DNA from: Phallusia mammillata
Taxonomy: Eukaryota
Direction: 5' to 3'
DNA: 64,000 bases
Assembly: GCA_965637545.1 (NCBI GenBank)
Contig: OZ281494.1
Coordinates: 3,968,001-4,032,000, forward strand
In this document: positions 38,214-49,683 of the stretch, in pieces
How positions within the stretch are numbered: the stretch's first letter is position 1
How the letters are laid out: the number at the start of each line of letters is the position of its first letter
Notes under the pieces: model-generated
Database searches by the model: none
What the model saw: the letters and a program-made list of their open reading frames with translations, nothing else
What the model was told of the DNA's origin: nothing
Translations under genes and position numbers: made by a program

Positions 38214-38920
38214 GTTTATACTATAGCTTCTCCACCGATGTTTTGTTGTTGCGTTATGTTATCATCACATTACAAATTTTGCCGTTACCTTTTTCAACCT
38301 TTGCACTGAGAACGACTGCACTGATACCTTATTATACGCGCGTAATAATAAATCAGTGCGTGAATGTGTGTTAAACTACTGCCTAATTTTAAAAACAATA
38401 TGGAATATTTGGAAACAAGAAAGTGTCCGATTATCATACCTTTATTTTGTTAAAAAAAATTGACCACTTTTTCGATGTCGCTGTTGAGTCTATGTCACAT
38501 GTCCTCAATAGTTTGACGTAAGTATTGTGTGGAGTTCTGTGATTGGCTGGTGGTCACCTGACGCTGGGGCCTTTATAACGAGACAAGTCCTACCCCAGTT
38601 GTTGTTTGGGTTTGTGTTCGCAAAATATCAGCAAAATATTATTGGTTGGTTAAAGGTGTTGGTAAATCAATTTCCTTTACTTTAAAGGTTGGTATTATTT
38701 AAAAGTTAAAAGTTCTACTTTTTGCTCTTCAGGCGACATTTACTTTCACTGGTGGTGTATGCCTGGTAAGTTATTACGTTATTGTGCATATTCGCTACTA
38801 CTAAAACCATATACTAAATCTCAAAATAACTTTAATCGCAAGATTTACAAATATAATGCTATTGAACAAGCGTGAACTGAAAGAAACCCAGCTGTACTGG
38901 TGTATTCAAAATACTTAAGT

Positions 38921-39093
38921 TGGGTTGAGTTTATTTCGCCGGTGATACAAATCGTAGCAGCACAATTGCGCTAAAATATTCACCAAACCGCGAATAGCTG
39001 CGCAACGTTGGGACGTTATAAAGCGCGACAAAGGTAAGGGCACAATTCGTGGAAAGATGATAAACGCGCTGCAGCTACGTCGTTACGAAAAGC
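38921..39093. repeat. Dispersed repeat, copy 2 (inverted relative to 2673-2849)
   Basis: Reverse-complement match to 2673-2849. Confidence 0.8.
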
Positions 39094-39842
39094 ACTTCAC
39101 TGCAAGTGTACACTTTTTATCCGACAACTGAATAAATTTGATCTTTTTGGTCGTTTTATGTGATGACATACCTTTTTAATCAGTCATATTTCTTGTTCAA
39201 TAAACTTATCAAAGGTTTGTTAAAAACCCAAGCGTGGAACGTCATTGATTACCAATAAGTGATTGATGAATTTGTAAAACAGTTAACGTTTCCATATTTA
39301 ACATAGTTTTGACCATTGGTTTAGGAACCATAGCATGTCCTTGATATGTCAAGACATGAGCGCGTCATTATATTGGTATGTCGAGGTTGTTCCGTCTTTG
39401 TTACAAATACATGCCAGTCCGACGTAACGTGATAGTCAGCTAAGGCTTGACATTGTCGAGTCGTCAATACATTTGCGGAAGTTTCAAAACCTAAGGGCTG
39501 TTAAATCATCAAAGCTTTTTTAGGAACAAATAAACGATGTGGACAAATTGTTAAGCCTGATGTTTTATCATATGACTTGTTTTCAAAATAACCCATTCAA
39601 ATAATTTTCTGAGCATCATTTTTTATGACCATGGATCAATGTTCTAAAAGATATGTATACATATAAACTATAGTTTATCAAGATATTTTTCAAACCTAAT
39701 TTTTTTAGTTTTTAATACTTAATCAAAAAGTGACATAAATGTCTTAATCATGTTGTGTTGTGTATTTTTGGAACTTATTGACCAGAAGTCGTATTTTCAG
39801 TACCTCTCGAAATGGCGAAACAATAAACAACAAAAGTCAACA

Positions 39843-41500
39843 ATGAGCACAAGCGTTGAAATACCAACACTTCGTCGGTATGAATTCGAATGTACCCCTG
39901 GAAATTTGATCGCTTGTGAAAACAATGCGATATGGTACAAAGAAAAGCATCCAGAGTTGGGAAATGTTGTGATCAAACGGTTTCGTTTAAGAGCTGCACC
40001 CGAGATGAAAATAAGCAAAAGCAATAATGAGTAAGTATAAAAACTTGTTGATTGTTTTGCATATCCTTTGTAGGCTCTGATTAAACGTCCATATTTATAG
40101 TTGCACGGAAACCAAAACAAATTTACCTCTGCTAGTATTAAAGTTAGGCAGTGTTAACCAGATTTTTAAGTTTGTTTTCTACAAAGCTGTATTTATGCAG
40201 CATGAGGAGAGAAAAGAAAATATTGGAACAATGTGACCATAAAAACATCCAGAAATGGCATGGAGAGATTCGATGGTCATCTAATTCGATCGGATTGATG
40301 TTCGAAGCAACTGACGGAGGGAGTCTTCAGGATCTTCTGCTCAGAGGAGAGGAACTTTCTTGGAATCAAATATTGCAGATGGCCAAAGAAACAGCGGACG
40401 GAATGAGCTATTTGCATTCAAAATTTTTCGTCCACAATGCCATAAGACCTCGAAACATTGCAATAAGCGACACGAAGGAGGTATTTTAAGAAAAAATATT
40501 TTGTTTTCATTTAAGCCTGAAGATATTTTTACAGGTTCCGATCAGCTTTTATAATAATCAGTGGTTGGTTTTTTGTTACGCCAATTCTTTACCGCTAATA
40601 TTACCTTTTTAAGGTAAAGCTCACCGATTTCAGCTGGGCACGAGTGATTAAAAATCGTTCCCCTTCAATGGAGTCGTTGAACAGAAAACAAAAAGACCCA
40701 AAACCTGATTTCTATTCTGAACCCGAAGTTCAACATAGTCAATACCTTACTAACGAACCTAACTGGGAACTTTGGATGGACGTTTACAGGTAGGGCAACA
40801 TTTATAAAAAAGCTTTTGCTATTACCTCGATACTAAAACAAATTTTTGCAGTTTTGCTATGATACTGTACGAACTGATCACCAGGAAAAAAATCTATGTA
40901 GATGAAGAAACTCCATGTGTTTTTGACATAGTGGTCAGCTCAAAACGACCCAGTCTCGAACCAGTCAACAAAGTATTGAACCTATTGAAACCCGATTCTC
41001 GAGATTTTCACATTTGCAAGCTTTTGTACAGCATTATGGAACGCTGTTGGCAGAAAGAGCCTGAAAAACGACCAACTATGAGTGAAGGTTGGCTGTAACC
41101 TCAAAATTATTTGTTTTATCACATTTTCTGGCATGTAGACATGTTTTACATCAAAAAATACTTTTTTAATTTTTCTCACACAAGTTATTTTGCAGTGTTG
41201 GCAGAGCTAAATAGCCTTGACCAAATACTAGCAGAAAAGGCCGGCAACAGCACAGCTGAGGCCGCACAAGATACTTGGAATGTCGAACGCGGATTGGACC
41301 GCAGAATTTCAACAGATTTACATGAGCTGTCCCGAAACCGAGCAGATGAGGAAGTCGTAACTAAGGACGAGGTGGCAAAGAGCAGCGGCACTGATATCGC
41401 ACCTGAAACAAAAGATGTAGAAGTCTTTCTCTGTTTGAACAACGATGCATTCGAGGAAACAAATGTAACAGGTAAAAAAAGTGTAGAGAAGACACAATGA
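39843..41500 (+). CDS. Protein kinase-fold protein, TKL-like, predicted pseudokinase, about 394 aa
   Basis: Exons 39843-40030 (VVIKRF), 40201-40480 (MSYLHSKFFVHNAIRPRNIAI), 40614-40789 (VKLTDFSWAR..YSEPE..DVYS), 40852-41087 (FAMILYELIT..RCWQKEPEKRP), 41196-41500. The exons total 1185 nt in frame. The start codon and last exon are less certain. Confidence 0.85.
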
Positions 41501-44500
41501 TCCTCATCAAAATGGATCACTGCAGACACGTTTTTCAAGTATAGCTTAACACTGTGGTCGTTTTTACTGTGGATTATATGCAGACTTACCCTTGTAGGCT
41601 TTTATGGTGACAATATAGTACAGCAATTTGCAACATGCTGACTCAATTATTGTCGCCGTAAACGCCTATACTCCGTTGCGCCACCCAGCAGAAATTCACA
41701 AACCTGGCTACTGTCAGTTCTTTCGTTAGTAGTTCTACCATTTTCAACGTGCTCAGTTAAAAAGACCAGAAATACAGTTAAGAAGTCAATTTTTTAACAG
41801 ATTGCAGCGTTTTACCATGTGATCATATAATCCTTCGAAGTTGCTGCAGAGCAAACTGGACTTCCAGTTGTGTACAAATCCTGCAACGTCCACGAAACCT
41901 ATGTTGGGTTGTTTTAATTGTGTTGCTATTGTATATTTTGATTGGTTGCTGGACGGATTCAACAGCTTTTGTCAACAGTGCTTTTTGGATTTTGGCGGCG
42001 TTCACAACTATAAGTTCTGTGTTAGTTATCGTTGCAATTTTCTTCGTTTATTTTATTGGATTGTTTTTTTTATTTACTTATGAATGCTGATAGGATGCCC
42101 CTCACTTTTGTTTTCTGAAAAGCAGGGTATTTTTACTTTCTGGGGCTGAAAAATGATTTATTTTATTAAAGAATAGGTACCCCCAACCACGTTGTCAACC
42201 TACTCGTTTTGTGCTGCAATAGAAGCTTTTAGCTGCCAAAATTAATTTGGACGTCATACTATTTTAATTGCATTGTAAAAAAAAAAAATAAGCGCAAAAA
42301 TACACGCGAGTGCAAAATCAGTATGAGATTGCAATTATCCGAGATGATCACATTTGCAAAGTGATTGTGACTTGGTTTAACCTGTACTTTTTTAAAATCA
42401 CAGCATTAGCGAAATCTTTATTGAGAGATCATTTTTCCTTGTGATTTTGTTTAAATTGATATGCCTGTGTAGCATATAATGCATGATTGTAGTAAAATGT
42501 AAAGCATTGTTTAAAATGAGTCTAGTATTACACTCTTTACACAAAATCGCCCAAATCGCATGTACTGTGTTTTGCAAGTATCCTATACTAGTAAGTTTCG
42601 TATGCGACATTGAAACGTCGATTAATTACAATAAAAACTGCTAAAAGAGCAATACTCGTTTATATGCTTACGGTTACTTAAACGAGGTAGACCAAAATAA
42701 CATAATTAACTGTTGGTCTAGCATAAACTTTTAGACCCGACAAGGTGCATTTTGTGCTATAATTACTTTTATTCGCACATGTACACCTTATGAGGAAACA
42801 AAGAGTGCTGATTAAAAAATCACTGATGTAGGGCAACCTATTATGTAGAATCTACATCTACAACTACATTGTAGATACAACTGGTACGAGAACACTGTAT
42901 GATGGGTTTTCAACGAGCAGAAAACAAAAAGCCCTTTTTTTCATTTGACTCATTCTTTTGCTCATCTGTGCGACTACACAAACTTGTGACAAGTTTTTTC
43001 AAGTCGTGTTTTGGGGCACTTGATTATTAAACTTTTCGCGTTGGGCTAAATACATTATTGAACAAATGAACGAACAAAATTATATGAATGTTTTATGCAG
43101 TGTGGTATAAGGTTCGATGTCTGATGACTCAAAATCGATGTATCCGTATTATTGACCCGTAGAAATCAAGTGTCCCTTTTTTATTCAATGCCGTTTTTAT
43201 TTGTCAAGGTATTTCACTGTTGATAACATCACAATACTTTGTTAAAAACATAATGACGTCACACTTTCATGGTCTATTTAATTTTGTAATTCTTTCAAAA
43301 CGAAATCTCAGGTTAACAAGTTGATTTTATCCTATTTAAAAAATACAAGTTGTACCACAGGCACAACTGAACGTAAATTAGATTAAAGGATTGCAAACAA
43401 TTCCCTCTGTTTGTAATCCTGTGATGAAATACAAGAGCTCGTCACATGAGTATGGTACACCCCACATAAGTTTACACATAAAATTGTACAGCCTGACTTG
43501 AAAACAGGGGCAACAATTTTTTTTACTTTAACCTCAACAACATCTAATTATGTAAACAAATTACTAAACAACTTCTACACTCTACCTTCCTCCGCAGTAT
43601 TTTTTTTCTTCGCAGGGACTCAGAGAGACCTAGCGAATTTCCGGGTGATGCAAATTGCTTCTCCCTTGCCATGGTCTTATTGTCATCATGCCCTGTATCA
43701 CATTACGCGACAACGGAAAGGTAACAAACTCGACAGAGGGAAAAAAGCAAACAATCTTGCGTTTCACTTATGTACAGGTAGTTTAATACCACCGTTTCTG
43801 TGTACCTTCTTCCGCAGTAAAAGTAAAGTATTGAAAGAGTTCGCCAGAGTGAAGACTTTTGTATCTACCCAAGCTCCCTTTGCCTTTTTCATACATTAAC
43901 CAACCGTTTTTGAGTAAGTCCACGACGTAAGTCTAATCATCTATTTCTATCACTCTGTCTTCCTCCCGAGCATTAGGGTTGTACCGAACTGTAAAAAACT
44001 TTACAGGATTGACAGAAGTGGGCAGAGTAAAGACATTCGTATCCACCCAAGCTCCCGGACCTGTTAGTTATTGGCCTGAGCAAAATTTGTTGCCAGGATT
44101 ATGGTTTGGGGATATTTTTGAATCGCGATTTGGAATATGTACTAATGCAGTGTTGTCATATCAGCAAATAGATGTATCAAACATTTTAAAGGTGTATCAA
44201 ACATTTTAAAGGTGCGCCAAGCGATACATCCTCGTTGTATCAAGAGGTGATGCCCAAATCGGAATAATGTTTTGCCAACGTATGTACGATATAAGCCATA
44301 AGGGTACAAACCATTCATGCCATTATAATTAAGCTCAGAAGCTTCTTTAATCGAAACGATTCAACATTTTAAGTTTGTAATGAAAAATATATGAAAGATT
44401 TTCTAGAACAACACATTTTCCTTTAGATTCCCCATCTAAAAGTTGGTGTTTTGATGTTGTTGTCACAAGTTAAATAACACAGTAAGCTTTATTCTTCTAC

Positions 44501-44901
44501 TTACTTGTTTAAACCAGAGTTGTGAGTCGGGTCAAGATTGGCCTCAGGCTTTTTTAACAAACGGTCTGGACTCCTGACATTACATCGTGCGTCGGTATTT
44601 TTGAAAAAGTTTTTTTTAGCTAAGTACCCAGTTGCTGGACTTAACCCTATGTCTTACAACCTAAATTGTCGGTTCGAGCCATTGTGACATGCTCCTTTTA
44701 AAGAGGAGGTATAGTTCGAAAATCAAACTTACGTGATATCTTACCATTTGATAACTATACGATATTAGAGAAACTTTGCCTTGGCTTTTGGTGCTTTTGG
44801 ATACTAAGTAAATTAGAACATCCAACTTACAAGGAGGAAAACACGTTAACCGCAATAAAATATGTGCTTTAGCAACCTGTCATGAAGTTAATTTGTTACA
44901 G

Positions 44902-46732
44902 ATTCTTTATTTTCGGATCAGTTAAGAAATTTAATTCCTGCAGGTGTGACGGAAATAGAAAACATCGAAAATCTAGTTGAGAGATTTTCACAAAATCATT
45001 TCCAAACAAACGGAACCACCTATAGCAGCGGAGATGACCAACTGCACATCGTAGTAACCAACATCAACCAGGAGACATACAACTCAAATCTTCAACTATG
45101 ATCATCCCACATCGACTTTACACTGGAAACAAATGGAGTCAATCGAGTTGCGATTTCAGTGTTTGTCTTCAACATAAACACAACACAAACTACACAGACT
45201 CAACCTATAGAATCCGGTTTACTGACCAAAACGCGGTACATAGCTGCGTTCAACAAAACCCACATTGCTATTGTGGGTTCTGAAGCCGAAAGCTTCAAGC
45301 GCTTACGTCGCAAACGATCAGCTCCCGATGGAATAAACGATCGATTGCCCGGAAACGCAAGTTTCGTTTTACTTCCAACATCACCAGAAACCGTCTGCAA
45401 TCTGATCAAAGCGGGAAATATATTCCAAGAAAACCAGAAGATAAAAAAACTGGAACCAATCTGTCTCTTCTTCGACAAAGTGGAAAGAAAATACTCGGAT
45501 CGTGGTTGCGTCACAATTACTGATGACGTAACAGGCAACGTCACCTGCAAGTGCAACCATCTCACGTGTTTACTTTTCTACTTGTTGTCCAATCCACCAC
45601 AATACCAAAGGGGGTCAAGGTAAAGATTTGAATGTGAACTTTAACGAATGGGTCACAAAATAAACAACACGTTGTTGCAGATCACATCATACGCCACAGA
45701 ATCAACATCAGTCGTGTTTCTGATCGCCACCATAATAATCCTTTACAAGTCGAAACACAGCGGAGATCGGGTATCGGTTCAAATCAGCTGGTCACTGGCT
45801 CTTCTGCTTTTCCATGTTGTCAACATATCACATGATCTTGCCGTGATGCATGAGATTCCATGCGTGATTCACACAGCAGCAAATCAATATCTTTTGCTGT
45901 CTTCAGGTATACAGTATAAAGTAAAAGAACAATTGAAATTTTAAGCATTGGTTTATATTCTGTGATTTGGTGCGATTGTTTTGCTTCAGGAGTATGGTTC
46001 CTAGTTGAAGGAATTCGTCTCTTCATGGCAACTTCGTTTCCAGTCGAATTCCAAACCCAGGATTCGTCAAAGCGTCTTAAAATTTTTATGATGAATGGTT
46101 GGATTGTTCCACTCTTAGCAGTGGGGATGTCCATGACAGTGGGGTTTTCCCTCGACATCTACATTAAACTCCATCCATGGTACGAGCAATGTAACGAATT
46201 TATACAGGTTTCAAAGTACGACAGATGCTGGTTGGCTCCCGGTACTCCGATCTTCTACTCCACGGTCGTCGCTCCTCTTGCTCTCGTCCTCTTAACCAAC
46301 TTCATGATCATGCTGAAGACGACTCATGTGATGCTGCACTCGAAGCAGATGCGGAACAGAGGAGAAGATCCAGGGACAGGAGATGCGTTGAGAGCAGCAA
46401 AGTCTTTCATCTTGCTCTTCTTTATGCTCGGCGGTACTTGGGTTTTGGCTTTCTTCACAGGTAGTATTTGTGCCTTTTTTTGAAAGTTTTAATTTTCATA
46501 AGTTGCATCAATGTAAGGGATTTCAAGGTTACGGATTCACAAACCTATTACATTTGCAGGAATCGGGAACGAGATTTCAAACGAGGTGTTCATGTACATC
46601 CACAGCTTGGTGAACGGATCGCAGGGAATCGTCGTCTTCCTGCTGTACTGCGTCATGGATGACGACATCAGACAGGAAATGCTGACGTGTAAGTGTGAAG
46701 CTGATGTCAATTCAGAGCAGCAGATGAACTAG
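44902..46732 (+). pseudogene. Locus E: GAIN-7TM adhesion GPCR pseudogene with no recognisable intact N-terminal exons
   Basis: GAIN exon from the 44902 acceptor with GGA>TGA at 45099-45101 and a 1-nt deletion just after CNHL at about 45565. The 7TM exons follow; stop TAG at 46730-46732. Confidence 0.88.
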
Positions 46733-47487
46733 GAAAACGGTCGAAATTGAAAGAAGTAGTTGGCGATTGTACAAACGTCAGTCGGACTAGTTTCTAAAAC
46801 TAAAATCTGAATCCAGTCTCATGTTCTTTACTAAGCGAAACAAACTGCACCAAAAATAATCAGGTCCAAAATGTTCTTTGTGTTTGATAATAACCTCATG
46901 AATTTTATGAACACAATTCACTTTTTTTTTAATATTCTGAGCAATGAGATACCAGCCAGTATTTAAGTGTAAAATATTGCAACATATCGATAGTTTCTAT
47001 TGTCATCGTAGTGCAATCTTATGAATGATGCACATTTTTAAAAACCGATCCTCCAAGCTTGTAAGTTTGCTTTTAAACTTTTGCTTTGCTTTGCATTTTT
47101 TCTGTGAATTTCTGTGATAAATTTATATATGGCTTTTGGTGTTTGATTCGGCTACCAATGTAACGTGCCCATGTTTTGAACCAATTTCATGTGTTTAGTT
47201 TGACTATTTTTTGGTCAATTAATTAAAAGCTAAAACCTAAGCATACAACAAGTTATTTGTATTTTTCATGGGTGTTATTTGTGTTCAATTAATATTAAGC
47301 ATTGTAATGCTTTCGATTTGCATTTGCATGGTAAAATTTTATTTTAAAATGCGTTTTCCTCGTATTTTTACATTGATGCCTTACCACGTCACTGCAAAAC
47401 AAATTGACTTCCTCTTAGAGGACTGTTATTTGGCAGCAGTAGATATTAATATCCGGGAAACTTGTTTGCAAAAACTATTGCACTGCC

Positions 47488-47555
47488 CTCGTATCACATC
47501 ACATGCACTGGTGTCAACATCACATGCTCTCGTATCACATCACGTACCATCGTAT
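47488..47555. repeat. About 21-bp minisatellite (CTCGTATCACATCACATGCA)
   Basis: About 3-4 degenerate units; orthologous to the array at 62782-62874 in the G 3' flank. Confidence 0.75.
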
Positions 47556-48192
47556 CCTATGATTGGCTGAAACATTTGTCGTTCCTGTAGGTTTATGAAT
47601 TCCTTTCTTTGGCAGGTTTTAATGCCACTGGTACAAGCAACGGCTAATTAAGCGCTACACTAAACCAAGTTTTTTTGTTGAGCTTGTACAACAGTTAACA
47701 TTTTTTGATTAAGTGTCATAAAAAGCATTCTAACTCATCAAACACAAGTCGCAAACTAACTTTTCTATTGACAACTTTTGTGTTGCAAAGTGAGGTGTGA
47801 AAACAAAATTGCTTTCCTAATAGGCCGCATGCTTAAAAAACCATTGATGTACAACATGGCTTGTGAAGTTATGTCATTGTTTGCTTTGCTACCAACGTAT
47901 GCGTATGACGTCACAAACGAAAATTGTACGTTTAACATCACAAATCCACATTGTAACTCTCACTGTTTGACGTTTTGACGCGATGAATTTAAATTGTACT
48001 TATGATGTAAAATCTTGAATTGTATGTTGTAATTAATCCACAGAATATGTTTGAAGTAAAAAGTCAGTACAAGTTACAAGCGCCTGACCCATACACAGAC
48101 ATAAAAACCCTGATCGGGATTCGTCCCCCGGGTGTTTCCTTGGTTAGAATCCCGTAAAAAAAAGGAAAAAAAAGGAATTCGAATGTCACAGG

Positions 48193-48392
48193 NNNNNNNN
48201 NNNNNNNNNNNNNNNNNNNNNNNNNNNNNNNNNNNNNNNNNNNNNNNNNNNNNNNNNNNNNNNNNNNNNNNNNNNNNNNNNNNNNNNNNNNNNNNNNNNN
48301 NNNNNNNNNNNNNNNNNNNNNNNNNNNNNNNNNNNNNNNNNNNNNNNNNNNNNNNNNNNNNNNNNNNNNNNNNNNNNNNNNNNNNNNNNNNN
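48193..48392. other. Assembly gap (200 N)
   Basis: Run of exactly 200 N, which looks like a fixed-size scaffolding placeholder. Confidence 0.98.
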
Positions 48393-49683
48393 GATTGCTA
48401 CCATGTTTTTGTTTTGCCCCAATAAAAGTCCAGCTTTATTTAACGGGGTTCGAACTCAGGACGCTCCCGGGAACGAATCCCGATCATTTTTTATGTCTGT
48501 ATATGGGTCAGGCGCGCCAGACTATTCGGCCAAGTTTCTGCCCAACCGTCCCCATTATTCCAACATACATCACAATGATAGGCCAACGCCACAGACCTGT
48601 CTTTGTTTTTAAATTTCTCTGCCGCTATACGACACCAGAGCACAAAATTACATCATATTGTCTTGAACGAAGGTGAATCATCCAAGACACTCGATTCCTA
48701 TTATGACGTAACAACACGCTGATAATTGCACTTGGTTTATCCGGGACTCGATCAAGTTATGTAAAATGTGTCTTATTTGTTCAAGTGATGTTTTTGATCA
48801 ACTGAGTCTTGTGATTTTTGTGTGTGTATTTACCTAACATTGTTCCAAGGGGCTTTGGATGAATGCATTACTCGGTATCACTAAAGACCCAGAAACTGAT
48901 TAACCAATATATTCGATCCCAACCGAATTACACAGTTTTGTCAATACAATATCGTTTTTAGCCTATATATCAAGTTGGAGACACCAACCATAAATAACCA
49001 GTTGGTAATACTGACTAAGCGTTCGTTTACCGGGTTTGATAATTAACAAAGTTTCTCATATACTGGTGGAAAGTTACACAATTCGTTTTCAAACAAAGAA
49101 TTTTTTATCTTTTTATAGTTCATAACGTTTCACCGACTCGATGAGCATCAACACAGCAATAAAGCGAATATGGCAAGAGTTTGGTAAAATAAGTTAGCTA
49201 AACTTTAGACTTTCATTCAAACTTCTGGTTTTAATTTAAAGTTTTGTGTACAGTTATAATCAAAAGGTAACGAGTTACGCAACACGTACTGCAGCTGGAT
49301 TAGGCCGAATGCAAGAAACTGACAACAAGGATATGGCGTTTTTCATCCAGCCTTGATGCTTCCGTGCTTGTATATAGCTACTGACTGGTGTCAGTTTGGT
49401 CAGTTGAAAACATAAAGACGCGATGCAAGGTGATATCAAGGTAAATAGTTTAAGACCCATACTGTGGATCTGGTAGTGCAAGTCTATTACGAATGCGGTC
49501 ATTGGTTTTAACTGATTTTGTAGAATTAAAACGAGTTTACATCTGTTTGTGTCATAAGCCTTATCAAATTATAATTACGTCTTTTATGACCACGGTTTCA
49601 GAACAAGTTTTGGTTTGGACAATATCTAGTAGTTTATCGCTGCAAAATCGTAAGTATTCTGAGGAAAGCAATAAGTTGAGAAA

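Noticed and set aside
39812-39826. Short upstream ORF (MAKQ-stop) before the pseudokinase ATG
   Set aside because: The transcript 5' end is unknown and such short uORFs are common by chance.
39843-41500. Calling the pseudokinase MLKL or RIPK
   Set aside because: No N-terminal four-helix bundle, RHIM or death domain is visible; family assignment needs a phylogenetic search.
48132-48425. ORFs of 97 and 78 aa spanning the gap
   Set aside because: Artefacts of the N run.
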